Positions 26,931-41,900 of a DNA stretch of 64,000 nucleotides are shown here, piece after piece; the stretch's first letter is position 1; each line of letters opens with the position of its first letter. Where the stretch lies: assembly GCA_030141605.1 (NCBI GenBank), contig JAQGDQ010002368.1:932408-996407 (forward strand), read 5' to 3'. Source of the DNA: Tubiluchus corallicola (taxonomy: Eukaryota > Animalia > Priapulida). The position numbers and the translations under genes were made by a program. The notes under the pieces are model-generated. The model worked only from the letters and a program-made list of their open reading frames with translations, ran no database searches and was not told the DNA's origin.

Positions 26931-29900
26931 GCATTTATCCTATTAGAAGAAGCTAAGATCGATTAAACTGTTTGGTCTAAACCTAGAGCATTGAACATAA
27001 TTCAAAGAGCCAAGAAGTGTTTCTGTAAATCCATGTCTTTAGAAGTGGTTACTTGATCATTTCTTGTCAAAGAGGCATTACATCTTTGCGAAAAATATTG
27101 GTTTAGCATTGTGTTCAAATGGCGGCCTATGTGACTTGAGCTAACACACGGCTTGATTGCAAAATTAAAACTCTGCATATTTAGAAATTTTATCTTCCAA
27201 AATAGTTTAAAATAGTACAATTAAAGTTTTTAAAAATTTGCAATAAATCGCAAACTAATAATACAAGAAAACAGCTTATTGGTAAGTGTTAAAATTAAAA
27301 GTATGCTAAATATAAAATTACCTAGAAATGAGTGATATAGTAATTGACAATTTTGAATGAAGGCGGTAAAATTAATCGATGTACTTAAAACCTGTAATCC
27401 ACCCATTTGCAATGTGTCTTGAATACATGTATAGGGTATAGGCATTGGGTAAATTGATCGAACAAAGAAAATCAATGAAGTTATGAAATGAACGAAAAAG
27501 AGCTAGGACGTGTCCTGATTTTCAGTCTATAGTATAAGTACAAAAGTTCTCAATGCTTTCTTCTAACATCTGTTCCTTTATCATTGCTTTGATATTTCTC
27601 TTTCTCCTTTCGACTTTCTTTCTCTCGTCTTTTAACTGATGTCGCTTCTTAGTCGCTCTCACACTCCATACTACCCATTGTTTTACAGTTTCTATTTTCG
27701 TCACCCTTCCAGACTATCCTTTGCATTTGCAAGATTTGCATCTGAATATCAGAAGTGATGCAGCTGGTGGCATCTTGCAACACAAGAAATCGTATGCTTA
27801 TTGCCTCAGATAAATCTAATTTTTCAGTAACAGACAAAAATGTAAATTTGCCGAATGTCAGTAGAATCATAAAAGCTAAGTTTTTATACGCTATTTTGAA
27901 GATTATAGCCTTTGACTATACTTTCCTGCAATACAAAATCAAGTTTCACTCAACAAATTAAATTGGAACATATTAACAGATGTTAACAAAAATTTTAAGC
28001 AAAGAGTCATTTAAACAATGCAGCAACACTTCTTTTTCATTCAGTGAAATTTGTTATGACTATGAACGAACTAATAACAGTAACGTGTGCCGTGGTAGTA
28101 ATAAATTCAGCGCACTTATTATTTTCGAAACATTTTCGACATGTTATTCGCCAGATTACGTTTATCCGAAAAGCTAGTTTTCATGGCAATAGTTTGTATT
28201 TTCCACACTGATAACTATACAGTTTTCAACTCTTGAAATTGGTAGAATACTGATTGAAGAAGTGAAAAGCTTTATCAGCGTCTACGTTTAAGACTTTCCC
28301 CATGGGATGGCAAAATTGTCGAATATCATATGAAAGGTAAATGAAAAATAATATGTGGTCGTATTGATTTCCTCTCCCCATATATTACTTACGTTAGTGA
28401 TTCCCTCGAACTGAGTCTACTAAGACTGTGCGTCCAAACAACGTAATCGTACACCAAGCCATCTCACAGCTTATTCTCACAGAAGATTGTCGATAAACAC
28501 ATAATAGTTTGGTCAGGTTATCAGGTGGCTGCTCTTACTATATTTATTCCTCTGTATCTATATTCTACACTTCATGAATAAATCAGCGCGTGGTTGATGC
28601 ATCTCACTTAGGATGTATATTGAGAATTGTAGTCAGATAGTGTTGATCAATGAAACAAGAGTATCAACACATCTACAGTAGCAATGAACCCACCAAATAA
28701 AGCCAATATTATGACTGTTTTTTGTCTTGCTTGTCTTTTTCTGCATATTATTTCCTGTATTGAATTGTATTATTTTTGCAGTCTTCTTAAACTATTTACA
28801 TTGCCGTCTTTCTTCTCTTCCCGCTGCATCTATTTGCACTTCCCTTCCCTTTCTCTCTCCCTTAAACGCGTGGATGTACTGATCATTAATACTGTCCTTA
28901 AAAATAGCCTATAAAATAAAGTTGAGCGGCTGAGTGAAAATAGCCTGATTCCAATCTGCCCTTTTAAAGGTTAGCACTAACAGCAACCCATGAAATCGTG
29001 CGTTGAGTTCAATTTGGCAGGATCGACTGTTCACATGTGATTTACGCATCTGAACTGCTCGGTGTATTGATGATTGGACTTTCTCAGTAATCCGATGCTT
29101 GAGGCAAGAAAAGAACATCGACGTAGAGTTAGATTGTGTGCCTAAGCATCCTGTTTTCTGCGTTTGCCCGAAGCACCGTCTAGCATAAATTATCGACGTT
29201 ACTCACTCGTGAATGTTATGCAAATGAACATTGTATGGAAGACGTCACTCATATATTTGCTAACTGTATAGCCTCGTTATTGGTTTGTAAATAATGCAGC
29301 GTGAAGCCACTTAATTAAACTGCATTGTGAGGCATAACAGGTGACCTTTCACTTTCAGGTCAAGGGCATTAAAATCAACCAATTAGCCGTTGCCTTACTG
29401 AATTTTTTATTTGTCTACATAGAAAAGCTAACTTGTTACACATTTTATCGTCAGTTTTCCTATTGAAATTGCTTAAAATTTAGAATTTCATGTGCCTCCC
29501 ATTTTCTTATCGTAACCTTATTTGACTAATGTATGACGGTTCAGTGTAAACTATAATCCCATCTGATCTACATAGGCTAAGCTCCAGGGATTTGGGCCAC
29601 AACTGGCTGATGTTCAATTACCGTCCTTAATTGGCATCTCGGAAGCACAAGAGTATTTCAAAGCTTACAAATACCATTAAAGCCGCTTGCCGCGGCTCCG
29701 AAAGTACGTCATTACAAATGCTCAAACTATCTTTGGTCGCCTTTTGATAATTTACTCGCGCCTGCTTTTTTTTTACTTGGGCGAATACAACATACAATAA
29801 TTATGGAAATTGATAGTAGTATTCTAGTACTAGTAGGCTAATTTTTATACAAAGATATCTTAATGTGGTGTCTGCAGAAAAAGTTACCCTTGCAGCAACT

Positions 29901-32900
29901 AAGGCAACTCTGAAAGTATCAGTCAAGTTAGTGTCAACAACGTAAAGTTTTTTCATGGAATTTTTGCATGGCAGCTAGGATACTGGTACCACATTTTTCG
30001 TTTTGAACAGTTTAAACGTCAGCAACAATTGAAATTTTTCGTTTTCGTACAAGTCCTTCATGTCTGACAGCATATTACAAACCTTATTAGGCAACCGTAA
30101 ATGCGGAAATAAGTTCAGATACGCTCTTAACACTGCTCAAGACGTGTCCACACTTTGACTTTTTGCAACAAACTGTAAATCTGGACGTATCGGATTTTTG
30201 AAGTCCATCTCTTTCTAAACACTCATAATATCACGCAAAAACGTTTTCATGAAATTATGTGCCACGGACGGATGAATGGCGAATTATTAGGGTAACAACC
30301 CAGTGAAGGAAGCGTAATTTGGCGTAATGTGGAGAGTTGCTGCTTATTGCCTATATTTTTGCGTTTCAATAGCGTATTGGCCGAGACACTCGCAGCCTGA
30401 GGTGAATCTTGGGTGAGGGCGAACATTCTCGAAAAATAAAAAAACAAGCCTCCATAAATTCAGATTCAAATCCTTAAGCATGAGAGTGTGTAGAAGTGCA
30501 AATTATTAGATTATTATGCTCGTGGTTGATTGACCGACAGTATGCACGGTGCTTGTGACTAATTATCACTTGACTTGGCCTGGCCACTGCAGTTTACTCA
30601 TCTGTGAGGAGTTTGCAATTTGCGGTAAGTTTCACATTCTGGTTCCGTTCTTAGGTTTTTAAGCAACCCTTGCTTTTTAACCGTACTATTGTAAGAAGAT
30701 TTTGATTCTTACCCCAGGTGAGTAACAGGTTGCAGGTTTTGTAACCCTGTCCCTCTAATTTTGCGAGTTAATATAAATTAAAAATGGATGTCTAACATAA
30801 ATAAAAGTAATCAATGTACAGGTTCCCTTAGATCCCGCTGCTCGCGTATAATAATTTCTAACATTCACTGTTTTAATTTAAATGGCAACATACACACATT
30901 AAATACACGTTTTAACAGCTTAAGTAAATGAATGTAGTTAACGTTAAAGTTTTGATTTCTATGCTTAATAAGTGCCGTGGAACACTTTCAACAAAGTTGA
31001 TTTCTAAGTTTTCAAATACATTTTGTTTCATTGCGATTGAAGTTGATGATTAGCACACGAGTGGGCTGTAGTGTGACGACTCGTAGATGATGGTTAATCG
31101 TTCAAAATTCCTATATGTGTAATCTAAATTTTTTTATTTAATTTCAACATATATACCGTTTTAAATCGTGTTTAGTTAAATGATTTTTATTGGCCATCTG
31201 TAAAAATGGTAGCAGAGTTGAATTGTATGTCAGTGCACAGAAAAGACCAAAAATTTAATGTGATCTGCAATGAAGCAAATTAACTAGAGTATTTATTAAA
31301 ACTAGTACGTATAGTGAACGGGATTCTGTAGACGAATAATAGTAAATGAAATTATAATCATCTGCATGAATTTATTTGCGTGAACTCAAAGTCTGACCAT
31401 TTTGGTTTAGTAATACAACTACGTTTGGCCTGCAAGTGCTTTTCGAAATTTTGAAACCAGTTCGGCGATTTTAAGTGAAGTTATCTGTATCAACAATTGT
31501 CCTTAAATGTTCTGGAATGCAAATTTAATTTACATCTTAGCTTAATGACACATTTGTCAAAAATGACTATGGAGCTGCAGTTTTTTACCCTTTACATAGC
31601 GTTGCTGTGAAATTTCTGCGCAGGAAAAGCTCATGCTACATTCATGAGCTTTCTAGTGTAAATAAAAGCGTGTAAGGTGCCGCAATTACTTGCCAGTGCC
31701 CTGTACTCCAATGCAACAGCAAATAGTGAAAAACATGAAAATTACCCAGAGTAATGAAACTGGATGGACGGCGGAGTTTTCATGCTTTTCATTCATTGGT
31801 AAATGATTTTGTATATATTACTGTACACTTGAATCGTCTTTTTCGATTGCACGTGGAAAAACTGTAAGTACACAAATGCACCCCAAAAGCGTAGTGATAA
31901 AGAAGTGTAAACCCATGTCGTAAAGGCAGTGCATCAGCATACCATGCCTCACATCCACTTATCATAACCCGTCAGGTAAACGCATATGCATGCTATTAGA
32001 TAAAAATAACACTGAAACTTTGCGTGATAATGTTAGTAAGGAATTGAGCATGTCATAAATGATTAATTAGCCAAGTCTCCAATCATGTTATTTGTGCTCT
32101 ACACTGCTTTTGAAGTAAAAACAGTTATCGGCAGCAAACTTTGTATGTGTATTTTATACATGTATTTTATGCATTTTATAAATTATAACACTGCCACCCC
32201 TGTGATTACATTTGTTGTTAAAGTTTTTTGTATGAGGAAAAAGTATAAATACTTTTTCATGAAAAAGTGTAAATAGCATTAAAATGTTGTTCAAATAAAA
32301 AAGCTTCAGTGTTTTGAAAACAATTTATGTCACGAATAACAGAGAAACTATAGCTTCTGATTAAAATCACGAAATTACATTATTGCTTGTGATCCAACTT
32401 GCGAATTTTTAATTTCCTTTATTAAAAAAATGAACAGTTTGACCAACAACAAGCTAACCGAATTAAACATTTAATAAATTTACGGACATTTTTGAAACGG
32501 TCACTATAAAAAAGGATACGCCTACAGCCGTAGTGTGAACGCTAAAGTTTTAACTTTTGTAATAGTCGTAAAGTTAAAAGAATTAATTTATTAATCATCA
32601 GGTGAATTTTCAAACCACCTGGTAAGTCTTCGGCATTGGCATAAACAAATGGCCTAATATTAGACAGTTTTCTTGTGCTAGAAATATTTATAATTCAAGT
32701 ATGATTGTGCGCTTTTATTGATCTCACTGATTTTCACGCCTCAAGCGCCCTACTCTGGTAATAGTACACAGATATGAAAGCTTTTACCGGGCTACAGAAA
32801 GCATTCTAGATTTATTATCCTCCGTTGTAAAACAAGGAAAGGCTTTGCCGCTGTGGAAGGAACTTTATGATATAATTAGCAGCTCTTGCTCATTATTGCC

Positions 32901-35900
32901 GTGACATGGTCATGACACTGAGCAAGGTGATGGTTGCACCACTAAAAATATTTTGCTCAGCTAATTTACCTACTGATAATCTGGAAAACAGACTTGGTGC
33001 TGACAAGTCAAGTACTTTTTTCATTTTCTTTTCATTTAGTTGGGAACTTTACCAAGGCCCAGTGTAATTAATTATGTGGCATAAGGGATCAACAACAGCT
33101 TGCATGAATTACATGAATAATATACATGTATTTGCAACAAAATCAGTAGAACGTTTTTACTCTATTTGAGCCTTTTTCAGCTATATAGCTACCTTTTTTT
33201 CAGTTACATAGCTGAGCAAAGTATTGCCTTTAAATGACGTTACAAACCCACAGTTAATTAACGTTGATGCCAAACTTACAAAACAGGAAACGTGAAAAAG
33301 TTGGCATGCAGTCTGAATTTGAACCAAGAGCATTCTGCTGAATATGCAGAGATGGCTTAGATCACTAGGTCATATTTACAATGACATTTGCTTGCATGAG
33401 AATTGTGGGCACTACACCTGCCGATGGGAAAGAAAAATCGACGTGTGTAAAACCTCTGCATAAATATTCTGTCTAAATTGTTATAGCTAAGAAAGGCTAT
33501 TATTTTGTTTTTTAAATTGCAGACCCTATACACGGCGACACTGAGTTACTACAAATGTGCCATTGTTGAACTTCAAAATTCATTTCCCAGTCTTTACAAC
33601 ATGAAAATGTCGCGTAGGGCCCAGCACAAATGGCAGCTTTTCTTAGCATTTTAGATGGTTTTTGCATTCGTAGGCACGATTGCAGGTGTTTTACGGTTTC
33701 GTTGTCGAGAGTTGCTGTCATGGGATTTCTGCCATTTTGTGAACTGAATGCCAAGCATTGAAATATAAAATTTTCGTTTGCATTTATACTTGTTTGTAGA
33801 AGAAAATTGGACGAGGTTTTCTACGTAGAGTTGTAGGCGGAAATCCGCCTACCGCTTCAAATGCCTGAATATCCTAACGCTCTGTTTGCTTTCCTGACAT
33901 TTTCATGATGACTGTGGTCACAGAGTTCAATTTTAAGTTGTGTGACCAACTTACTCACATCCCAAAGAAAAAACATCTTCTTGAATTATCTTTATTTTTA
34001 AAGGCATTGGAAATAAATTTAGGCATATTTTCACATAACAGTTTAACTGATGCAAAGAAATTCGCATTTTTATTTATGTAATTTGGAATTGTTTGGGTGG
34101 GCGGCGGGGAAGGAGTAAAAATCGTGTAGCATGTAGGGTGTCGGCATGCTTTTTCTTTTATTGGCGTATCACGTATTTATCTGAGCACTGTTCAAAACAG
34201 TGAGAATCCGCGAGAATTATTACAGCCGCAAATATTCATTTCTAAATTATCATCATTATTTAAAACTTCCACTGATCTCCCTGCTCATATATAATATGCC
34301 ACTTGAATTACGTATGATCTTTTCACATGGACTGTATAAGAATTTTCCCTTTTAACGCTACTCTAAGATCAAAGATGTAAGGTAATCCCCAGGTAATGTC
34401 ATTTTGTGGGAAGGTAAAGTCTTTGGCTCTGGGCAATTCAATTCTAGGAATTTTTTATCTGAAAAACCTTTTGATTCAATCATCATCAAGACACAAGGGA
34501 ATATCTTTAATCTCTTGTTGAGGCTATCCGCAAACATTTTTTCGTACAGCTGGGCAATTCATACAGTGGGAATACAGTACTTAACAACAGAGCCGATTTA
34601 TAAATTTTAGTTTATTATCAAAAATAATCCTTGTAAATGAGATACAGAACTGAATACTGAACGTTCTTGCCACGTTTAGATACTATATTTTGCATACTCC
34701 CTGTACGAGATAAACAGGCGTGAGCAGCATGGCAAATGAAATCGGCCAGATGCAATCTACTGGGTTTCGCCCTTGTTAATGACCTGGCCAGGTATCCTTC
34801 ACTTGCTCGCCGTGATCATTCAGCTGTTGCCTATTTAACTTGATGGTCTTGAAGTAAAATGTGTTTATATACGGCAATGTTTGCTTCGAAGTTCTTTTAA
34901 TTAATTTCTAGTAGCTTACCAAATTTTATGGAAAAACTTCAGTCTAAACAGATACATAGTGGTTCCATCTTTTATAACTGAAATAACGCTTAAAATTTAA
35001 TGTTATTTTTTTTGTCTTTTGTTAATTTTCTAAAAAGAAGTGCTTTATTTTTATTAACTGAAATTGACTAACATTTATTAATTATTTATTAACTGAAAAT
35101 CGTGTAAAATTTTGAAATTATTTCGTAAGTGCCATTTTATACGCTTTCCAAGCCAATTGACTTGCAATGCCCAAGATGTTTTTTACATGAAGCGCATTGT
35201 ATCTTCATATTCAAACGTCATTAATCATGCTAATACCAGCTTCGCAGGCAAATTCACACGCGCCCTACATGTTTTCGACCATAGGATACATTGAGTATGA
35301 CATATCATACAGTCATACTATGTCAACTGCAAACATACGTGTACTGTGTAGGGATATGTGTCTCTAAGTTATCTCTATAGCAGACAGACAGATTGCGCTT
35401 GTAAGGGAAACTGGGGCTGCAGAAGAAGCGAATTCATACCAATGATCGCGTACATCTAACAAATTTTCTTAGAAAATCCATCGATTGTTATCCCCATGGG
35501 GCGGCTGATTGAAAATTTGCCCCAAATAGCTTTTGTGTACGGCAGGATTATATAAATATTGGAACGGACTACAATTCATCGAAGAGTTGCCCATCAGAGA
35601 ATTTCAGTAAGGCAAATTTGGCTTTTAGAAATGTGCCACAGGAAGCAAACATCAATATCTGACGTTTAAAACCACTTAAAAGTCGTCTGAGCCCAAAGTC
35701 CCATGGGTGAGCTGATCGATTCTCCAAATAAAAATGAAATACTTCAAACTTTGCAGTGAAGTCAGACTTAATCATAATTTGGCTAATAATTTTCTTAACG
35801 ACATATTTTGCCTTCCAGCAATCAAATCAATTTGTCAATTTGGAAAAGTACAACCCGAGACGTATTTTCAACTCAGCTATAGTAACAGGGTTTGAAAACT

Positions 35901-38900
35901 TTCTATACATTCTATAACTTTCAAATATTTTAATTTATTGTTTTTAATAAATAATAATCATTTATCATTTATAGCATAACGTAGTGGCAAAGCAAAGTAC
36001 GAGGAAAATATTACAAAAAAATTTACGTAGATGTTACAAGTAGTTTACACCCTCAAGAATTTGTCACTTCAATTGAAAATTGGTTTTCTTAATCAAACTT
36101 CGTTGAAAACAAAGCGCAATGTCACGTGTGTATAGTAATTCGAGATTCATTACGCGAAACTACGTTTCATGCCAATAAAATAATCTCATTTCGGAAATTT
36201 AAACAATATTTTCCTTAATGCCACCAGTATCCAAAATACTGTAAGCTACAAATGGGAAAAGTTTAATTAGTAATGTATTGTTCAATTTATTGTACTTAAT
36301 TGGACTATAAATGTCACCAATGTGATGTCTGCAGAAAATTTAAAGTTGCGTGTTCATTTATTTCTGCAATTTGCATCTGTCCCGTTTTTTATATTCCTGA
36401 TGCAATAATTTCTGTATAGTATTGTGTATAGTAGTCACATTCCATTTTATGTGGTTTGCAGCAGACTGTGATGTAAATGCTTGGTGTCGCCATAGCCGCA
36501 ACTGTGTAAGTATGAACATTCCCTAAATGAAAGCTTTATCAGTATTTACATCAGTATTTCTCTGATGGGCAACTCTTCGATGTTCGTTATAAAGAAAGTT
36601 TTATCTTCAGATCATCATGCAGAGTCTACTCCAGAGTTGTAATTACTGTGATCACTACAATTGCAAAAGTTAAGTAGCAACGAGCTTGATTAGTAAATGG
36701 ATGGTAAATTTAATTAGTAAATGGTAACTGCCAGAAAACCTGCTTCTGGGTGTTTTCATCTGCCAGATGCCTTCATTGATGGAAAATAGATGTAATGTAA
36801 TATGTAATCTGATAATATGTAATCTGGTGGAGAATAGATAATATGTAAGATGGAGAATAGATATACATGCAAACGTGCCTAAGTCACATCTGTCATTGTC
36901 ACTTAAGTACCTACTTTTGGAGAATTATCAAATTAGGTCAGGTCGTTTCTAATATTGAACTAGGTTTCAGACCCACCACAAGTACTCAACAAAACAGTAG
37001 ACCCTGCAACTTGGTTCTGACTTCCAGTCGTCGAACAGAATAAAAAGTAATTTTGCTTTGATAATTTTGCTTAGGATATTCAAAACATGGAACATTTTTA
37101 ACGGAAAAAATAATATAATGTATAAATAATTTGAATTTTTTGTTGAGCATTCATATACCATGAGTGAACTGCAATAATTTGTAGAATTATTATAAATTTG
37201 GCATTTCTGCAGTTGGTAGCATGATCTATATGTGGGTCGTCAGTTATATTTGTCACTTTGCTGCCCTTGCTGTTCCGTGCTATATCGATCAGCACAGTAT
37301 TACTTATGCAATGTTTGTTCACTACATTAACCACACTTTAATCAAAATTTATTGCCAGCTTTCTCAATCCATTATCACATTTAATCACCCCTCAGCTTCC
37401 GCAGGCTTCTACGCACATGGTTTCCATTCACCTTGCGATCTTCCTCGTGATTACTGGCTGCGTTTTTCTTTGTAAAAGTGACTGTGAGCTGTAATAGCAG
37501 TAATTATTTTTGACTACACCTATCAGCAGGGCATTGTTTGCGGAAAAGCGCCTGACACAATCTATTTTTTGCGGCCTTTGCATGACTGGTTTATATATGT
37601 GTGAATGTCAAAACGCTATGAGTCTCGCCAAATGTAGAAGTCTCAGAAAATGCATTTTATGGGTAATATGAGACAATAGCGAATAGCTGAGTGGTCACAG
37701 TGTGTGCTTAACAGCTGAATCAACAGACTGTACGATTACTGATTTACAAATGTCAATGAAAAGTGACAGTTTACATGTAAAATAGTATTCTGGTATAGGT
37801 TTTTCCAATTTTTTTCGAATATAACTATTGAGTAGGGTAAACCATAGTTGGTATCAGGCCAGTTTTCCAGATCGTTTACCCCACGCTGTTAGCTGGCGTG
37901 TATGCGTCTGAGAAAATTTCCGGCTATTAAGCCATTCTTCAGAATAATAAATGCTGATTTTTTTCAACAAATTGGCGCTTAGTAAGAAACTTGTGAACAA
38001 AACTGATTCAATTAATACTTAAGTACTAAAACTTATAATATTACATGAGTTCTATGACCCTTTTATCTTGCAAAAATATCCTCAGTGGCTATCCGTTACC
38101 CATTTCAAGCACAAGCATTTCACAAGTATTTCCAGTACTGGTGCTAACTCAGTTAAATTCAAAAGATTGTGTGTTCTGAAAAATCTCAACTGTCCAACTT
38201 CGAAGGGGGTTCGTTTGCATGTGCGTGAAAATAAGCTGTTTCTTGAGCTCTACACGCGGCCGACCTTGTGCTAATCGACGTATTGATATTTGCTTCTGGT
38301 GCACATCTCGCAGACTTCAACACTGATGGAAGGAATGAGCCATTATATAAAACGTGATTGCAACAAATACTCGGCGTCCATGCACGCGACTAATTGGACC
38401 ATTCACTGGAATATGTAAAAATTTTCTGTGCAATTAGCAGCTAATCACTGAACGTAATTTCAATTGCATTTCTTATCTTCGATTTTATGGTTGTTTTAAT
38501 GGCCGTGTTTAGGAAAAACGAAGTCACTCAATATTTGGTAAGGAGCATGCGCAATAGAATAGATAGACTAAAGGACATGGTCTGTGCCGATAGGTTAACA
38601 ATACAAAATAGTCAGTATGGATGGGTTGCTGTTGCTGTTCATATTGTTGTACCCATTAGTAAGGATTTTGCAAAACCTGAAAAGTTGGTGTAATCAAGGA
38701 TGGTTTTGCACTGAGCAGTTCCTTACCGCATGTCACCTGTTATATGTAGTTATAAAATGTCGAAAGACCGCAAAACAAAATTGCAGTAAAACAAAGTTGA
38801 AAATTAAAGGGCAAAATGGCCATAAGGTAGAAATTTATATGGAAATTATGTGAAGATGGTTCTGCCCAATTTTCTATCCAAGGGCGTTTTGTTCCACATT

Positions 38901-41900
38901 AGGTACATTTTTTGATCACTTTGCTTGCCAATGACTGTTTTTGTGCTTATAATCCTACGTACCAATCTTTTCTTCAGTTTCTTTTACGTTCTTTTATTTA
39001 TGTCGCGCATTTCACTTTACAAATTTCCTTCATTTTTCCTACACCTGTATCACACACACTTTGTCCCTGAATCGCACACCTGTAACCTGTAACTGAATTA
39101 ATCAGCGGTCTCCTTTTAAATGACTGATATCTCCAGCAGCCATGCATTATGGTTCATTTCTTGCAATAATCAGTTTGTTCCCTCAGAGCCACTTAAAAGG
39201 TTTGTGGACCTTATCGGGAATGATTTCTGTATTTCCTTGATGGAACTGACTGAAATGAGTTTAACAGCACTTTACCCAGATCAAGCGTCAAATGCCGGCA
39301 AGAAAACATTTCTGTACAACTGACGATCGAAGGACTGCTGCAAGAGGCAAGCTCTGTTTTTGCAAACTTGCATGTACATGTATGATATTCAAAGAGTCTT
39401 CAACTTTTGAGAAATTTCATTATCCTTATAAAATGCAGATTTTTTTATTGTTTATAGCAATTGAACAATAATTACGCTCGCTGCACTGTTGTATACAGTG
39501 TTTTCTTGTAGTACTTGTAAAAGGTGAACTTTATTTTATTGTACTCAAGAAATTGTTATGTTATTGTATTGTTTTGTAAAACAATTTGTTCTTTCCGATT
39601 CGCACAAAAAAAAACAACTGCAAAGCTTTTAGTTGAAGCAGACTGGGATGCCCGGTAATGTGAATTTGCTCAGAAATCGGACTACCTGAACGGAAATAAA
39701 TAACCAATGATAAAGTTTCTTGGGGGATTTTGACAAATCGTATCAAGCAAAAGCATAGCCCAAGTTACCAACTTCTGATCTTCGTTTTTGCTTCCAAGGT
39801 TAGACGTTGTGTGAGAATTTTTAGTTTTTAGGTGCATCTCAAAATTAGTATTCACGGCTTGCTGCTCTTTTTGACGTTCCGAGCGAACCTTTGAGGTACA
39901 TTTATGTGTGTAAAACGGTGCCTTGAACATCTGTTTCTTAATGACGAGTAGAATGCAGATGTGCTGATTTTGATGAAATATTTATTGGGTGCATTCTGAA
40001 TTATTCATTTCAAATCCACAATGTCAAAACAATGTGGATATGTCCAAAGGAATAATCCGAAGAGCAGCTATCCTAACTTAGTTGTCTCCAAGGAGTTCTA
40101 ATTTGTTTTTTTAAATACATCTTTCAGTCACAATCTTCTAGCACCGTTCTAGCACGTTCTTTGAGCACCCTTCTCACACGTACCATGTTTCAAGATAGAA
40201 AACTGAAATACTGAAGCAATTTCAACTGAGCATCTTTGAATTACCGTTTACTCTTATAAATACTAACATTTCAACGAAAAATTGTTAGCGTCGTATTTAT
40301 ATAGTTTGGAGATAATGGTCACAAGTTCATATAAATAAAATAAAATTCCTGGCACTTTACCAAATTTTAAAAATTTGTGTAATTTTATCAAATATTATTT
40401 AATGCAAGGGGGACTTCTTGGTTTGCATGTATGAATAGCAGGTTTCTGAATACAAAACTTGTACTCGAAATCGAAATGCACAACCTATATATCCCTTCAT
40501 CATTACACATCATCGCTACTTCACGACGTCTATCGTAATAATGTACTAAAATCTTTACTAAAGTTATTGTATTAAACATTAATGTACTTTGGAATTTGAC
40601 ACTCAGTTTCGCACATTTAGTTACATTCAACTTTTGACATATATTTTGAGCTATGACAACACAGCTCCTTGAAGATGGCTGTTTGGGAACATCTAAAACT
40701 TGGAAGCTATTAAACAGCATAGATACTGAATACAATTCATATAACTTATACAGCTTATCTTTTATGTGGTATTGTTGATGCAAATGCGGTCAGCGTAAAT
40801 TATCTGAGAAACTGTGCTTATCTAGGGTATAATAAGTACACTAGTCTAGCTCCCCTGACGTACTTGCTTCTGAATATCGCCATTAAGTCTTACTCTTCTA
40901 GTGTATTGATCACGTCAATTGTATATGAACATTGCTGTTTATGACTTCTATATTCCGTAATTACTGGTGACATGCTGGTGGAACTGGTGGCCCCGCGGCA
41001 AGTATGCCGGAGTATATCGGAGACAGGCATAGTGAAGCCACAGAAATTTTTTTAGCAAGAATAAAAAGCAGAAATTACTATAGTTTGTAGCCTGTTCATT
41101 AACTGATGTTGTATTAATGAGAGTTGCATAAAATCGCCACACGATAAAAATGTAATCAAACAGTACACCTGACTATAAAGGTACGTTGCTAAGCAAATTA
41201 TCAATGTGGAATACATGTTTTTCATCTAAGCCACACATACAGTTCGTAAAACATCAGTTTACTTTTTCCTCAGCTTTCTCAACTTGTTGACATGAAAGTC
41301 AATTTATAGACCCAGTGACATGCAAACGAATTTTTCCACTCGTCTAATAGGATTTTTCCAATTCTGATTTCCGATTTCGCTGATATATGTGCATATCGTG
41401 TATCTATTTGAATTTCGTCTCACTGCACTGGCAATATTGCCGTGCTACAAGTTACTATAAAATGGCTAGTGAGTGTTACCGCAATTATTTCACATAACTT
41501 TCATTATAGTCACAGAATTTTTTCTGGAACCATATTTCATTATTAGGTTAAGTTTGGCTTGCAGAGGAGCCAAAATTGGATGCATATCCTAGTGCAACCT
41601 TTTTTCCTTCTTGATGGCTGTATCTGCATTTGATGGAAATTGGAAAATATTTAGGTTTGCGTAAGGTGCATTTTACTGGGAAGTTCCAACTGTTTCGCCT
41701 TTACTGCATACTTTCTCCTTGCTTTGCGGAGATACACCTTGTCGGCGTCTCAGCCATGGAAGTTGTAAAAGCAATATGATGCGGCAATCCAACCATAAAA
41801 CAGGCTCTTGATTGCTGCTTTTACAAGACGTCATTGCTTTTCTGTATGTTTTTAGTCTCTGGTGCACGTGCGTGCTCATTCACGCGACAAAACAAGAGTA

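Noticed and set aside
27500-27900. Charged minus-strand ORF fragments
   Set aside because: Interrupted by stops with no recognisable domain; at most an unclassifiable TE relic.
33685-33715. miR-981/miR-76-like word TTCGTTGTCGA
   Set aside because: Partial match only, with no complementary star arm.
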